Positions 1 to 10,941 of a stretch of DNA of 64,000 nt are shown piece by piece (position 1 is the stretch's first letter; the number at the start of each line of letters is the position of its first letter). The notes below the pieces were generated by a model. It was not told the DNA's origin. It did no database searches and saw only the letters and a program-made list of their open reading frames with translations. The stretch covers positions 64,001-128,000 of the forward strand of contig CAVWIG010000028.1 in NCBI GenBank assembly GCA_963754945.1. The letters run 5' to 3'. The translations under genes were made by a program, and so were the position numbers. The DNA is from Methanotrichaceae archaeon (lineage in GTDB: Archaea > Halobacteriota > Methanosarcinia > Methanotrichales > Methanotrichaceae).

Positions 1-342
1 TCCGGGTCGAGGATAAAGTCGGATCCCCTGGGCGGAGCGCCTATGGGCAGAGGAATCGTTCTGGAGAAGGTTGGAATCGAGTGCAAACAGCCAAACTCGG
101 CCATAAGAAAGGCAGTGAGAATACAGCTTATCAAGAACGGACGCCAGGTTACTGCCTTCTGCCCGGGCGATGGGGCCATTGGATTCATTGACGAGCACGA
201 CGAGGTTACCGTTGATCGGATCGGTGGCCGGATGGGCCGATCCATGGGAGACATTCCCGGAGTCAGGTTCAAGGTCATAGCCGTGAACAACGTCTCTCTT
301 CTTGAGATGGTGCGCGGACGAAAGGAGAAGCCGGTGAGGTGA
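1..342 (+). CDS. rps12: 30S ribosomal protein S12 (5'-truncated by window edge)
   Basis: KQPNSAIRK and [10 protein letters not shown] motifs; frame open from base 1. Confidence 0.97.
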   Translation, partial: SGSRIKSDPLGGAPMGRGIVLEKVGIECKQPNSAIRKAVRIQLIKNGRQVTAFCPGDGAIGFIDEHDEVTVDRIGGRMGRSMGDIPGVRFKVIAVNNVSLLEMVRGRKEKPVR

Positions 343-346
343 TGGC

Positions 347-904
347 GTGAAGGTATTTGGCAAGTGGGACCCGACCGAGGTAGAGGTTACCGATCTGAGC
401 ATAAAGAGCTACATGAACCTCACTCCCAAGGCGGTCATGTACTCCGGCGGCAGGCATGCGAAGCAGCAATTCAAGAAGTCCGAGCAGCATATAGTGGAAC
501 GCTTGGTCAACAAGATCATGCGAAAGGAGAAGAACACTGGCAAGAAGCTGATGGCCTATGGCATTGTCGAGGGTGCCTTTGATATTATTGCCCAGAAGAC
601 CAAGGAGAATCCCCTTACCGTCCTGGCCAAGGCCATAGCCAATGCCGGTCCCCGCGAAGAAGTTGTTCGGCTTAAGTACGGCGGCATAACCGTTCCCAAG
701 GCGGTGGACACAGCTCCCCAGAGAAGGGTGGATACTGCCCTCATGTTCATAGCCAAGGGCGCCAAGCAGGCTTCCTTCAAGACCAAGAAGTCGGTTCAGG
801 CCGCGCTAGCAGATGAGATAATTTCTGCGGCGAACTACGATGTCCGGAGCTTCTCTATAACTCACAAGGACAGCGTGGAGCGCGTGGCCAAGGCAGCCAG
901 ATAG
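347..904 (+). CDS. rps7: 30S ribosomal protein S7
   Basis: [23 protein letters not shown] and ERVAKAAR motifs; follows S12. Confidence 0.97.
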   Translation: MKVFGKWDPTEVEVTDLSIKSYMNLTPKAVMYSGGRHAKQQFKKSEQHIVERLVNKIMRKEKNTGKKLMAYGIVEGAFDIIAQKTKENPLTVLAKAIANAGPREEVVRLKYGGITVPKAVDTAPQRRVDTALMFIAKGAKQASFKTKKSVQAALADEIISAANYDVRSFSITHKDSVERVAKAAR

Positions 905-1027
905 ATAAAACTATCTGGTCAGTCTTTATTTTATTTGGGTTTTATCATCTTAAAACACATTCGATTCTCAATATTTTTATTAAATATTTTATCATTAATC
1001 TTATCTATTTTTGTATTCACCTGTATT

Positions 1028-2101
1028 CTATGCCTGGAACCGCTTGATGAAGGATCTGTCTATCCAGCTCTTCAGAGAGTATATCAGCCTAGTCGGCGCA
1101 CCGATGCACGTCTTTCCCACCACTCCCACGGCGCAATCACGCCCTAATGATATCAGAGCAACCTGACTGTCAGTGCTGGCGCGGACTGAATACCCCTCCA
1201 GGGGCTTGCCTTCGGCCTGCCTTGTCAGGTTCCGGGCAGTGTGCTTGGCCTGACGTTCAGCTTCAACTGCGGTCTTGGTGGCCAGCTTGCCAGACACATC
1301 CACCCATGCGCAGTCGCCAATGGCAAAGACTCCAACTCCATCCTTGGCTAGGAGGTAGGGATCCACTAGAATCCAGCCGTTCTTCTTGAGAACGCTGAGG
1401 TTCTGGACGAACTCTGGCGGCTTTATGCCAGCCGTCCAAATTGCCATGTCGCAGTCCAGGCAGATCCCATTCGTAAAGAGTATGCAGTCATCCTTTACCT
1501 CGCTGACCTTGTGGGAGGTTAGGATGTTGACTCCTTTTTTGGCCAGGGCCTTCTCAATCAGTTTGGAGGTCTGGGGAGAAAACTGAGGTAGGACTCTGTC
1601 CCTGGCCTCTACTATGTAGATGCTCGCGTCAAGGCTCTCTGACAGGACAGCCGCCGTCTCAACGCCTGTGAGGCCCGAGCCCATTATCATGACGCGGTCC
1701 GGGTTTTTCTCCTCGACGAACCTTCTTGCCCTGATTGTCTCTTCCAGAGTGTTGATGGAAAAGGTCTTCTCTGCACCTCGGACGCCGAAGTAGTTTTGGG
1801 CAGCACCCGTGGCGATCACAACCGAATCAAACTCGACCAGGCTCTTCTCGCAGACCACCACGTTGTCCTCTATTCTAAGCGCCCTCTCGTTCAGTAGATC
1901 GGCCCCCACGCGATTGCAAAAAGGCCTCAGAGGTGCGGTCAGCTCATCCAGCTTAGCAAGGCCGCCTAAATATTCGGGGTACAGCGCCTGGAGTTCTATC
2001 TGCGACTTCGGCTCGATCAGCGTGAACTCCAGGTGGGCAGGGGTTGCTACTCTTATAAGCTCGGCACCTGCTACTCCGCCTCCAATGACCGCGACTTTCA
2101 T
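1028..2101 (-). CDS. NAD(P)/FAD-dependent oxidoreductase (Ndh-2/pyridine nucleotide-disulfide family)
   Basis: VIGGGVAG, VIATG, GSGLTGVE, IWTAG and FAIGDC motifs. Confidence 0.85.
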   Translation of the reverse strand: MKVAVIGGGVAGAELIRVATPAHLEFTLIEPKSQIELQALYPEYLGGLAKLDELTAPLRPFCNRVGADLLNERALRIEDNVVVCEKSLVEFDSVVIATGAAQNYFGVRGAEKTFSINTLEETIRARRFVEEKNPDRVMIMGSGLTGVETAAVLSESLDASIYIVEARDRVLPQFSPQTSKLIEKALAKKGVNILTSHKVSEVKDDCILFTNGICLDCDMAIWTAGIKPPEFVQNLSVLKKNGWILVDPYLLAKDGVGVFAIGDCAWVDVSGKLATKTAVEAERQAKHTARNLTRQAEGKPLEGYSVRASTDSQVALISLGRDCAVGVVGKTCIGAPTRLIYSLKSWIDRSFIKRFQA

Positions 2102-2257
2102 ATTCAAACTTCTGACCTCTATTTGACCTAAATAATGCTTTTGTGCTTAATTATCTGATATCTTTGGCTCCGCTGTTATAAATAGATAAGACCGTAATAG
2201 CCCCACAATTCAAACAGATGGCCCGGTTACAGCTATAATTAATAAGTGTCCTAAAGG

Positions 2258-2695
2258 TTGGATGATAAGATGATAACAGTCTACTTCGATGGCCTCTGTT
2301 ACCCCAAAAACCCTTGCGGGGTTGCAGCTTATGGATATCTCATTTATCGGGATGGAGAGCTCATCCACAGAGGCTTCAGGGCAGTAGGGGAAGGCAAGGG
2401 AATGACCAACAACGTCGCTGAGTACGAGGGCCTGAAGGCGGCTGCCATGTGGCTCAATGACAACGGGATAGAAGAGAAGACCCTGATAAAAGGCGACTCC
2501 CAACTGGTCATGAAGCAGATGAAAGGGGAGTGGCAGGTGAACTCGGCCACGTCTAAGAAATACGTCCCTGAGATAAAACAGCTACTTCAAGGGAAGGATG
2601 TGACTTTCCAGTGGGTTCCACGAGAGAAGAACGAAGAGGCAGATAAGCTTTCCAGGGTGGCTTACGAAAGATTCAGGGGCAGCAAAAAGAACTAA
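2258..2695 (+). CDS. rnhA: Ribonuclease HI
   Basis: YFDG, TNNVAEY, GDSQLV and WVPREKNEEADKLS motifs. Confidence 0.93.
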   Translation: MDDKMITVYFDGLCYPKNPCGVAAYGYLIYRDGELIHRGFRAVGEGKGMTNNVAEYEGLKAAAMWLNDNGIEEKTLIKGDSQLVMKQMKGEWQVNSATSKKYVPEIKQLLQGKDVTFQWVPREKNEEADKLSRVAYERFRGSKKN

Positions 2696-2715
2696 AACGA
2701 GCTTGAAGTCCAATC

Positions 2716-3675
2716 TCATTCTAACCCCAACTTCGCATATTCCTTCGCCCAGTACGTTATTATCATGTCCGCCCCGGCCCTTTTTATGGAAGTCAGCGCC
2801 TCCAAGAAGGCTGCCCTTCCGTTCAGCCAGCCCCGTTCCGCAGCTGCGGCGATCATTGAGTACTCTCCGCTGACCTGATAGGCGGCGGTGGGCACGCCGA
2901 ACACGTCCTTCACCGACCGCAAGATGTCGAGGTAGGGCATCGCAGGTTTGACCATAACCATGTCCGCACCTTCCTCCAGGTCAAGCTGAACCTCCCACAG
3001 GGCCTCGGCAGCATTGGCCGGGTTCATCTGGTATCCTTTCCTATCACCGAAAGTGAACCCCGACTCAGCGGCTTCTCGGAAAGGCCCGTAGAAGGTCGAG
3101 GCGTACTTGGCAGCGTAGGATAGGATGGGCGTTTCAGTATAGCCCTCGATATCAAGGGCCGTCCTGATGGCCCCCACCATGCCGTCCATCATCCCGCTGG
3201 GAGCGATGATGTCCGCTCCTGCCTCGGCGTGGCTTACTGCGATCTCGCCAAGGATTGGAAGGGTCTCATCGTTCAGGATTTTTTCGCATCTTATGAGGCC
3301 GCAGTGACCGTGGCTGGTGTACTCGCAGAGGCAGAGGTCTGTTATTACGACCAGGTTGGTCGTCTCCTTTATTTTCTCTACCGCTTTTTGGATGACACCC
3401 TGTGGATCGTAAGAACCTGAGCCAATCTCGTCTTTGTGAGCGGGCAGGCCAAACAGGAGCACCGCCGGCACTCCCAGATCCTCCAGCTCGGCTGCCTCTC
3501 CGGCAACGCTGTCCAGGCTCTGTCTGTTCTGACCTGGCATCGAGTCGATCGGTTTGGGCTGGCTAAGCCTCTCATCAACGAAAATGGGCTGGATCATGCT
3601 TTTCATGGATAGCCTGTTCTCGGTCACGAGCTCACGAACTCCGGGCTGGCGAAGCCTTCTCATCCTCTTGATCAT
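2716..3675 (-). CDS. hemB: Porphobilinogen synthase
   Basis: [11 protein letters not shown] Zn motif, [19 protein letters not shown]; start MIKRMRRLR overlaps the hemA stop (ATGA). Confidence 0.96.
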   Translation of the reverse strand: MIKRMRRLRQPGVRELVTENRLSMKSMIQPIFVDERLSQPKPIDSMPGQNRQSLDSVAGEAAELEDLGVPAVLLFGLPAHKDEIGSGSYDPQGVIQKAVEKIKETTNLVVITDLCLCEYTSHGHCGLIRCEKILNDETLPILGEIAVSHAEAGADIIAPSGMMDGMVGAIRTALDIEGYTETPILSYAAKYASTFYGPFREAAESGFTFGDRKGYQMNPANAAEALWEVQLDLEEGADMVMVKPAMPYLDILRSVKDVFGVPTAAYQVSGEYSMIAAAAERGWLNGRAAFLEALTSIKRAGADMIITYWAKEYAKLGLE

Positions 3676-4919
3676 GTCCCGTCCTCCAGCCTGAACAGCT
3701 CGGACATCGATTTCAAAAGAGTCACATCTCCTTTTTCCGCAGCTTCTTTTAGTACCTTGGTGGGCTCGGCGAAGATCTTGTTTACTATTGAGCGGCTCAT
3801 GTCCATCAACACCCTCTGCTCGATCTCTCCAAGGGTGTGGCGAGCGCTGAGCTTGTTCATTGCTCGCCTGCATTCCTGGTCTTTGATCTCCTCCGCCTGA
3901 GCGTACAGGATGCCCAACAGCTCCTCTGCCTCCTTCCTCTTGTACTTGGCCTTTAGTAGCTGTAGCTCCTCATCGATGATGGCCTCCACTCTGTCCATCT
4001 CCGCCATTCTCGCTTGCATATTATCACTGCTTATACGCCTCAAGCTGTCGATGTTGTGCAGCTCCACGTTTTCAACCTCAGCAGCCGCTTCGTCAATATC
4101 CCTTGGGTTAGCGATGTCTATCAGGAGCAGCTTCGATCGGCGACCGGCCATGGCTTTCTCAATATCCTCCTTTAGCAGGATGTAGTGAGGCGCGGCCGTG
4201 GCGCTGATCACCAGGTCGGCAGTCCTGATCTGTTCTCTCATCTGCTCGAAGGGTATGGCCGTTCCCCCCAAGCATTCTGCCAGGCACTGGGCCGAGCTTA
4301 AGGTTCTATTGGTCACGATGAGCGAGCTGATCTCCTTAGCCATAAGCGCTTTGGAGATCAGCTCACCCGTCTCACCTGCGCCTACGACCAATACGCACTT
4401 ACCTCGGAGATCTCCCAAGATCTCCTCAGCCAGATCTACGGCAGCCGAGCCAACTGATATCGAGCGTTCGTTGATCCTTGTCTCTTTTCGGACTCGCTTT
4501 CCCACCTGAATGGACTTCTTGAAGGCCGTCTCAAGCATCCATCCGGTCATTCCGGCCTTCTTCGCAATCTGGATAAGATCCTTCATCTGCCCTAGGATCT
4601 GGTCCTCACCTATGATCATCGACTCAAGGCCGGAGGCAAGCCTCAACAGATGAAGCAAGGACTCATGATGGTCGTGAAAATCTATTATGCGAGAGGACAC
4701 TCTGGCCTTCTTGGCCAGATCAAAGAGGACCTTTTCTCCTCTTGGCGAGACCACGTAAATCTCCACCCGGTTGCAGGTCTTGAGGACAGCGCACTCTTCG
4801 ACCAGCTCGTGGGAGCGGACCCAACGCAAGAGGGTCTCCACATCTCCGTGCCAGGCTCGCTCAATCTCGTCTATCGATGCTTTACGGTGGGTCACCAGCA
4901 TCGAGGCTATCTCGCTCAT
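3672..4919 (-). CDS. hemA: Glutamyl-tRNA reductase
   Basis: [23 protein letters not shown] and DIANPRD motifs. Confidence 0.96.
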   Translation of the reverse strand: MSEIASMLVTHRKASIDEIERAWHGDVETLLRWVRSHELVEECAVLKTCNRVEIYVVSPRGEKVLFDLAKKARVSSRIIDFHDHHESLLHLLRLASGLESMIIGEDQILGQMKDLIQIAKKAGMTGWMLETAFKKSIQVGKRVRKETRINERSISVGSAAVDLAEEILGDLRGKCVLVVGAGETGELISKALMAKEISSLIVTNRTLSSAQCLAECLGGTAIPFEQMREQIRTADLVISATAAPHYILLKEDIEKAMAGRRSKLLLIDIANPRDIDEAAAEVENVELHNIDSLRRISSDNMQARMAEMDRVEAIIDEELQLLKAKYKRKEAEELLGILYAQAEEIKDQECRRAMNKLSARHTLGEIEQRVLMDMSRSIVNKIFAEPTKVLKEAAEKGDVTLLKSMSELFRLEDGT

Positions 4920-5565
4920 GTTGTGGTACCTGTTCGCGGGCTCTCATATAGGCCTTTTCATAGGATTGGTCAAGGAGCCTCCAGACCTCCCTGTCGGAGA
5001 GTATTGACCAGATTATCCTGGACCTCTCTGTCTGGTCTGGGACCTCCTTTTTAATCTCCTTTCTGATCTGTCCCAGAAGCCGGGCCATATCTTCGAAATT
5101 CTCGCCAAGCTCTCTCTCCAGCCTGAGGCGAAGGTACTTAGAAAGAGCTGGAGTCTTGGTGGAGATGGCGATGTCTATGGGCCCTCTTCTTATCAGCGAG
5201 GGCACTACCACGTCACCGATTCCATCCACTTTGTTGACAAATATGCCCCTAATGGAAGCTGCTATTTCTATAGACCGATTAAGCTCTGCGTCGCTAGTGG
5301 CTGGGATGACCATGAAAACGCCTTCAAGGTATTCGTGGTAGCCATTAGATAAATCCGCTGAGATCAGCTTTACTGACCCATCCTTCTCCATCTGGAGAAG
5401 CCCTTCTGTGAAGCTCTTACTGACGACAGTGACCCTTGAGAATTCCGAGAATAGCCTGGCTTTGCGTTCGCCAACGCCTCCTCCACCGAAGATCACCACC
5501 GATCTAGATCCCAGGTCAAGAAATAAAGGCAGAAGCCGTTTATGGGATTTCGCCCCATTAACCAT
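4882..5565 (-). CDS. sirC: Precorrin-2 dehydrogenase / sirohydrochlorin ferrochelatase (SirC/Met8/CysG-N)
   Basis: PLFLDL, FGGGGVGERK, AIST..PALS; tetrapyrrole cluster. Confidence 0.88.
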   Translation of the reverse strand: MVNGAKSHKRLLPLFLDLGSRSVVIFGGGGVGERKARLFSEFSRVTVVSKSFTEGLLQMEKDGSVKLISADLSNGYHEYLEGVFMVIPATSDAELNRSIEIAASIRGIFVNKVDGIGDVVVPSLIRRGPIDIAISTKTPALSKYLRLRLERELGENFEDMARLLGQIRKEIKKEVPDQTERSRIIWSILSDREVWRLLDQSYEKAYMRAREQVPQHERDSLDAGDPP

Positions 5566-5669
5566 CTTTGTTACTCCTCCCTAGCCTTACTCTGCCCCAA
5601 CAATAATCATGGCAATATTTTTTTCAAATCCCTGCGGCACCGTCGAGTTTATTCTTTCCGTCCGGCCTT

Positions 5670-6128
5670 TCAGATTCGTGCACTGGTCTTCTTGTATTCG
5701 GCTTCGGAAAATAGGACTTTGTACTCCTCAACTCCTGTGGCCCTTGCGATCTCTGATGCTACCCTCACGCACTCTTCCCGGCTGCGGGAATGGACCATTG
5801 CATAAAGGTTGTAGGGCCATTCGGGCTGTACCGCTCTCTCATAACAGTGGGTGACTTCCTCGAAGGAGGCCACAATCCGACCGATCCTTTCCACATCCCG
5901 AGCTGGAACCTTCCATACGATCATGGCGTTGGCCACTATCCCTAAAGCCCGGTGGCCGATGGCTGCGGCAAACCTCCTGATAACTCCCTCTTCCACAAGA
6001 GCCCGAAGCCTTCGTATCACTTCATCCTCAGATATTCCCACCCGCTCTCCGAGGACTTGGTAAGGCCTTTTCGTCAGCTCCAATCCGTCCTGGACATTTT
6101 TTAGGAGCCTTATATCCAACTCGTCCAT
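5670..6128 (-). CDS. ahbB: Siroheme decarboxylase beta subunit (Lrp/AsnC-like)
   Basis: IRRFAAAIGHR, ANAM, VTHCYER, WPYNLYAMVH, EYKKTS; next to sirC-hemA. Confidence 0.85.
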   Translation of the reverse strand: MDELDIRLLKNVQDGLELTKRPYQVLGERVGISEDEVIRRLRALVEEGVIRRFAAAIGHRALGIVANAMIVWKVPARDVERIGRIVASFEEVTHCYERAVQPEWPYNLYAMVHSRSREECVRVASEIARATGVEEYKVLFSEAEYKKTSARI

Positions 6129-6130
6129 GA

Positions 6131-8272
6131 TCACATCCACCCACCAGGGTCTCTAAAGGGATATCTGTCCACTCCGTTGCTCGGGATTATCCTAGGAACA
6201 TCTCCGGGATTTCCTGTTGCTTTGAAGTCGCTCCAGTAATTCCCGCCGATTTTTGGTCCTGAGTCCCAGCTATTACCGCCATTGTCCGCGGCATTCTGAT
6301 AGACGTTGTAGATGAAGATGTTGTGGTAGATGTTGTTCCCATTGCAGTCCACCAGGTTGACGCCTGATATCAGGTTTCTCGTGAAACTGTTGTCGGTTAT
6401 GTTACATCCAGACGTAATGCTCATTCTCAGGCCGTGGCGGACGTTGGCGCTCAGATTGTTATCGCTGATCTGAACATTCTTCGACGACTGGACGTAAATA
6501 CCCTGGCCGTTAGCCAAAGCTATGTTTCTCGTGACCCTAACATCCGAAAGCTGCATCAGGGCCAGCCCGTCCTGGGAATTGGCGCTTGCGTTACAACCAT
6601 CGATCTTGCAGCCGTTGGAGCCCACAATGCTTATGCCCTCCTTGTTCAGTTCGGATTTCACTCTTTGGAGAGTGCAATCTGGTGAGCCGGTTATCTCTAA
6701 CCCTGCGTCTTTGTTCCCGGTGACTATGCAATCCAGCACCCGGCAGAGCGGAGAGTTCTTGATCCATAATCCCACTCCACCGCCGGATGCGCGTACGCCT
6801 CTTATGAACATGCCAGAAGAATCTTCTACCTGGAGGCTGGTCTCCGAACTGTTGGTTGCCACATAGTCCTTCAAGAGATCGTCGGATGACTTAGTGGCCA
6901 GGAAGCCCGTCTTGCAGCTCAGAGTCCTGCACTTCTCTACCGTGCAGTTCTTGCTGTTTATCATCCAAACACCATCTTCGCTGCGTTGAATGGTACAATT
7001 CCCTATATTGCAGTCGGTCGAGCCAACCAACAAGACTCCCGTGCTGCTGTTGGATATGGTCTGATTGGATACACTGACGTTACGACATTCGATCAATCCT
7101 ACAAAAGCGCAACCTTCATGGACAATTTTTTCGCTTTCCTCGACCAAGTAACAAATCGGCTTTCCGTCGGCTGAGTTGGAGAGGTCTACGTCCTGGAAGA
7201 AGTCTTCCTCTGCTGGTACCAGCCTGTTTTCAGAGTCTATGCGCAGGTTGTAGAGATTGGCCTTCATGGAGTTGTTCTTTAGGACGTTGTGTCCCGATCC
7301 CCGCAGGGAGATGCCGTAGGTATTATCAGAGGCCGTATTGGAAACGATTGTGTTTTTCTCAGAGGCTGTCAAAAGGATGCCGTTGCCATCTTCGGATAGG
7401 GAGTTACCCACGAGCTGGTTGTCTATGGAGCCGTTCATGTACACTCCCGCCCGCTCGTTCCTTCTGCAGGTGTTATTTGTCAGGCGGTTTTTGTCCGACT
7501 GCCTTAGGCTGATGCCCAGCATGCACCCATTCAGGAGATTATCGGTGAGGGTGTTGCCCGACGACTCCAAGAGGTCCAGGCCGCTGATGTACGACCCAGA
7601 GAACTGGTTCTCTGCCAGACTATTGTGGCCAGATTTGAACAGAGTGATCCCAAAGCTTGTTCCTGAGAAACTGTTCATCTCGATGCTGTTGTTGTTCGAG
7701 GATGTAATCTCGATGCCCTGCGAGGTCAAGAACCTGCAACTCTTGATTACGTTCTCGAATGAGTTCCCCATCTGGATGCCCTTGTCTCCGTTGAAGGTGT
7801 CGTTCTGGACGGTGCACTTGGCGCCAACCAACATCATACCTAAACTGGATTCAATCCTGCTGTCGCGGACTGTGTTGTTAGTTCCCTGAATCTCTATTCC
7901 ATTTGGTCCGCCGTTTATAATACAATTGGTCAAGATGTTGTCGGATGATTTAATTATCAACCCAGTACTTGATCCACTTCCTTCGATGTAGAGATTGGAT
8001 ATTCTGCAACCCGGTGCTCCGACGATGAGGGCGGTGTTACCATTGCCATTTATTACCACCCTCCCGGATCCGGATATGGAGAGGGTACGATCTACAGTCG
8101 CTCCGGAGTAGCTTCCCGGAATTACGACAATCTCATCGCCTGCGTTCGCCATCGCAACGGAATCGGCTAAAGTCTTGGAGCCTACGCGGCCGGTCGGATC
8201 AACAAATAGAGTTCTGCCATCTGTTGACGCCGTCATCAGAACCACAGCCGCCAAGAGCAACAACCATTTCAT
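6131..8272 (-). CDS. Secreted parallel beta-helix (NosD/CASH) repeat protein
   Basis: Signal peptide, many GI-L-S-N-N repeats, C-terminal GGNYWSD...DRYP. Confidence 0.85.
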   Translation of the reverse strand: MKWLLLLAAVVLMTASTDGRTLFVDPTGRVGSKTLADSVAMANAGDEIVVIPGSYSGATVDRTLSISGSGRVVINGNGNTALIVGAPGCRISNLYIEGSGSSTGLIIKSSDNILTNCIINGGPNGIEIQGTNNTVRDSRIESSLGMMLVGAKCTVQNDTFNGDKGIQMGNSFENVIKSCRFLTSQGIEITSSNNNSIEMNSFSGTSFGITLFKSGHNSLAENQFSGSYISGLDLLESSGNTLTDNLLNGCMLGISLRQSDKNRLTNNTCRRNERAGVYMNGSIDNQLVGNSLSEDGNGILLTASEKNTIVSNTASDNTYGISLRGSGHNVLKNNSMKANLYNLRIDSENRLVPAEEDFFQDVDLSNSADGKPICYLVEESEKIVHEGCAFVGLIECRNVSVSNQTISNSSTGVLLVGSTDCNIGNCTIQRSEDGVWMINSKNCTVEKCRTLSCKTGFLATKSSDDLLKDYVATNSSETSLQVEDSSGMFIRGVRASGGGVGLWIKNSPLCRVLDCIVTGNKDAGLEITGSPDCTLQRVKSELNKEGISIVGSNGCKIDGCNASANSQDGLALMQLSDVRVTRNIALANGQGIYVQSSKNVQISDNNLSANVRHGLRMSITSGCNITDNSFTRNLISGVNLVDCNGNNIYHNIFIYNVYQNAADNGGNSWDSGPKIGGNYWSDFKATGNPGDVPRIIPSNGVDRYPFRDPGGWM

Positions 8273-8559
8273 CGAATTCCCCGAGAGACGAATGGAACTA
8301 TGGCCTATTATCTATGACGGTAGGAGCAAGCCGCCGGACTTTTACTATCTATTTATATGGCTGTCAATGTACAGACCCGCACTGACTTATAAATTGTACA
8401 CTCTTGAGGTAGTTCTGCCTCACCCTCGCGTAATTGATCATGTTAGCTTAACTGATGAACATTTTTTTTGTAGTTACACATCATATTAATTCGAATAGTC
8501 ACTCAGAAAGATAGAAATACTCAGATAGAGTATCCATCTATTGGGTAGGACGGTCAGGG

Positions 8560-9840
8560 ATGGTAGAGCCTTATCGAATTCTGATTGTAGAGGATGATCC
8601 GGAACACGCTGATTTGATCCGGATGGGCTTCAGAAAGCACGACGAGTTCTTCCTGGACTTTGCCTCAACAGGCGAGCAAGGTCTAGAGATGATAAAATCC
8701 CGCTCGTACGACTTGATCTCAGTGGACCTTATCCTTCCAGGAATAGGCGGCCTTGATGTGCTTGTGAGGATACGCAAGTTCGATCAGGACATTCCCGTGG
8801 TAATGGTCTCCGGGCACGGCACCACCGAGCTGGCGGTTGTGGCCTTCGAGAACAGGGCTACCAAGTACGTTGTTAAAAGCATGGAGAGCTTCAAGAGCCT
8901 GCCCTACATCTTCGAAAACCTCATCCAAGAGGCACGGTTCAAAACCAACGAGCGTGCCATGAGAATGGAGATTGAGCGGTCAGAGAGAATCCACAGGAGC
9001 GTTGTCGAGAACTCTCTGGGAGGCATTTATATCCTACAGGACGGCGTCTTCAAGCTGGTCAACCCCAAGCTGGGTGAGATCTTCGGCTGCGCGGCGGAGG
9101 CTCTGGTGGGAATGCCCTTCTGGCATCTCGTTCGGCCTGATGACATGCAATGCGTAAGCAGGTTGGACCGAGGGATAGACGGACCTGCACCGGCCTACGA
9201 GTCCAGGATCCTGCGCAAGGACGGTGGCCTGCGCTGGATTGAGTTCAGGACTGTTCCCATCGAGTACGATGGACAAAGAGCTGTCCTGGGGAACATAATG
9301 GACATAACCGAAAGAAAGGAACTGGAGACTGAGCTTGTCAGGTCCAATCGGGAGCTCGAGGCTGTCAACAGCATTATGTCAAGGGCGCTCCATCCCGACA
9401 CCGATGTCGAGAAGGACATCACTGGTGCCCTGGCTGATCTGGAATCAGGCATCGAGGGCGGAGAAGTAGGGGGCATATTCCTCATGGAGAGCGGTAACTT
9501 AGTCCTGCGGTCTCTATTCGGCCCGGTGGAGAAGCTGATAAGCTTCATTGAAGGAAGGGATTCCAAAATCCTATTGGCTGGTCCTAATGTATACAAGATG
9601 GAAGAATTTTCTGATTATATCTGGACATCCGTACCTTTGATCCTCGGCAGGTTCAAGGGGACGATAGTGGTTGCCTCCACCTCAATCGACGGTGATCGCT
9701 GCCTATCTTTTCTGCAGAAAGCCGCCCCTCATATCTGTCGCATATTAAATGCCAGCGTCGTGAAAGGGTCTCTAAGGCAGGAACCGTCTGAGGAGCTACT
9801 GCTTACCAAGGAGAAAGGAGCTGGCCTTCAGAGTGGCTAA
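8560..9840 (+). CDS. Response regulator receiver + PAS domain protein
   Basis: ILIVEDD, DLILP, SGHG receiver motifs; PAS/PAC ending DITERK; C-terminal region possibly a degenerate GAF. Confidence 0.85.
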   Translation: MVEPYRILIVEDDPEHADLIRMGFRKHDEFFLDFASTGEQGLEMIKSRSYDLISVDLILPGIGGLDVLVRIRKFDQDIPVVMVSGHGTTELAVVAFENRATKYVVKSMESFKSLPYIFENLIQEARFKTNERAMRMEIERSERIHRSVVENSLGGIYILQDGVFKLVNPKLGEIFGCAAEALVGMPFWHLVRPDDMQCVSRLDRGIDGPAPAYESRILRKDGGLRWIEFRTVPIEYDGQRAVLGNIMDITERKELETELVRSNRELEAVNSIMSRALHPDTDVEKDITGALADLESGIEGGEVGGIFLMESGNLVLRSLFGPVEKLISFIEGRDSKILLAGPNVYKMEEFSDYIWTSVPLILGRFKGTIVVASTSIDGDRCLSFLQKAAPHICRILNASVVKGSLRQEPSEELLLTKEKGAGLQSG

Positions 9841-10445
9841 AGCCTTTGCCAGATATGGTGAAATCTCTGCAGGGCTGTAATGTGACTGGAGATCATTGTT
9901 GCTACCAGGACCCAGCCGAGAATGGGCAGTCCAGCTATGGGGTATGGGTAAGCGGCATTTCCAATAGTTGCTAGAAAGATCATGACGAGTCGGTCTGCCC
10001 GGCCCATTATGCCGCCGTAGTACCTGCCAAGCTGCAACGCCTGGGCCTGAGTTCCTATGTAGCTGGTCAGGAAAACGCCGATCACAGCCAGCAGGCCTAC
10101 CGGCCATGGTGCATAACCGGCAAATATTATTCCGCCTAGGAAAAACATATCTGCATATCGATCTATGGCGTGATCCAGAAAATCGCCCTTAAGGTCGGCT
10201 TTGCCCGTCCTCCTGGCCAGGGAGCCGTCTGCGGCATCAAAGATCGCATTCAACAACACCATAAGGGCCGCGGCGTAGAGCATACTTTTATCGGAAGCCG
10301 ACAAATAGTAAAAGGCTGATGCTGCAGCGGCAAATACCAACGACAGCACCGATAGCTGGTTGGGCGAGATGCCGGTTTTTTCCGCCAAGGCAGACAACGG
10401 CTCAGTGACTACTCCAGCCACTCCTCGAAAATCATCCAGGGTCAA
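9837..10445 (-). CDS. CDP-alcohol phosphatidyltransferase (archaetidylinositol phosphate synthase-like)
   Basis: SPNQLS and DAADGSLAR...GDFLDHAIDRYAD motifs; probable TTG start at 10445. Confidence 0.9.
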   Translation of the reverse strand: MTLDDFRGVAGVVTEPLSALAEKTGISPNQLSVLSLVFAAAASAFYYLSASDKSMLYAAALMVLLNAIFDAADGSLARRTGKADLKGDFLDHAIDRYADMFFLGGIIFAGYAPWPVGLLAVIGVFLTSYIGTQAQALQLGRYYGGIMGRADRLVMIFLATIGNAAYPYPIAGLPILGWVLVATMISSHITALQRFHHIWQRL

Positions 10446-10941
10446 AGAAGTCCTCCAGCCAGTCGACCTGTCCCGGCCCAAGCTCTATCTCTCCCCTTAT
10501 GACCCTCTGCACAAGGTCGGCCACTTCCTGCACAGATCTGCCAGTTGTGTCTATCTCGCTGACCCGACTGCAGAACTCGACCGCCTCTACAAGGATCACG
10601 TCCAGCGCCTCTGATTCGAGGTTCTCCTGGATTTTCTTTGCCGAATACCCTCTCGCTTCCATCCTTTTTTTCAGCTCGGAAGGCGCCAGCCTCAGAACCA
10701 CTGCTTCGTCTGCAAAGTAGTGAGAGAAATGGCCTTCCAGGATGGTCAACTCATCTGTATCCATCTCAACCAGCTTCTGCTCCAGACCGTCCATGTCCGC
10801 CTCCAGGCATCCCCTCTCTGGGTCTGTGCCCAGGTTCAGGCCGCCTTTTACAAGGGCGTTGAGATCTATCACCGTATAGGGCAGAAGACCGGCAACTGTA
10901 GTCTTGCCAGTTCCTGGAGTGCCAGTCAGAGCTATGCGCAT
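10432..10941 (-). CDS. Atypical adenylate kinase (AK6/Fap7 family)
   Basis: TGTPGTGKTT, EGH, RGY..KI.EN.E.E motifs. Confidence 0.9.
   Translation of the reverse strand: MRIALTGTPGTGKTTVAGLLPYTVIDLNALVKGGLNLGTDPERGCLEADMDGLEQKLVEMDTDELTILEGHFSHYFADEAVVLRLAPSELKKRMEARGYSAKKIQENLESEALDVILVEAVEFCSRVSEIDTTGRSVQEVADLVQRVIRGEIELGPGQVDWLEDFFDPG

Noticed and set aside
3676-3873. N-terminal extension of hemB in the ORF track
   Set aside because: Lies inside hemA; the ATG at 3675 overlaps the hemA stop and matches the family start
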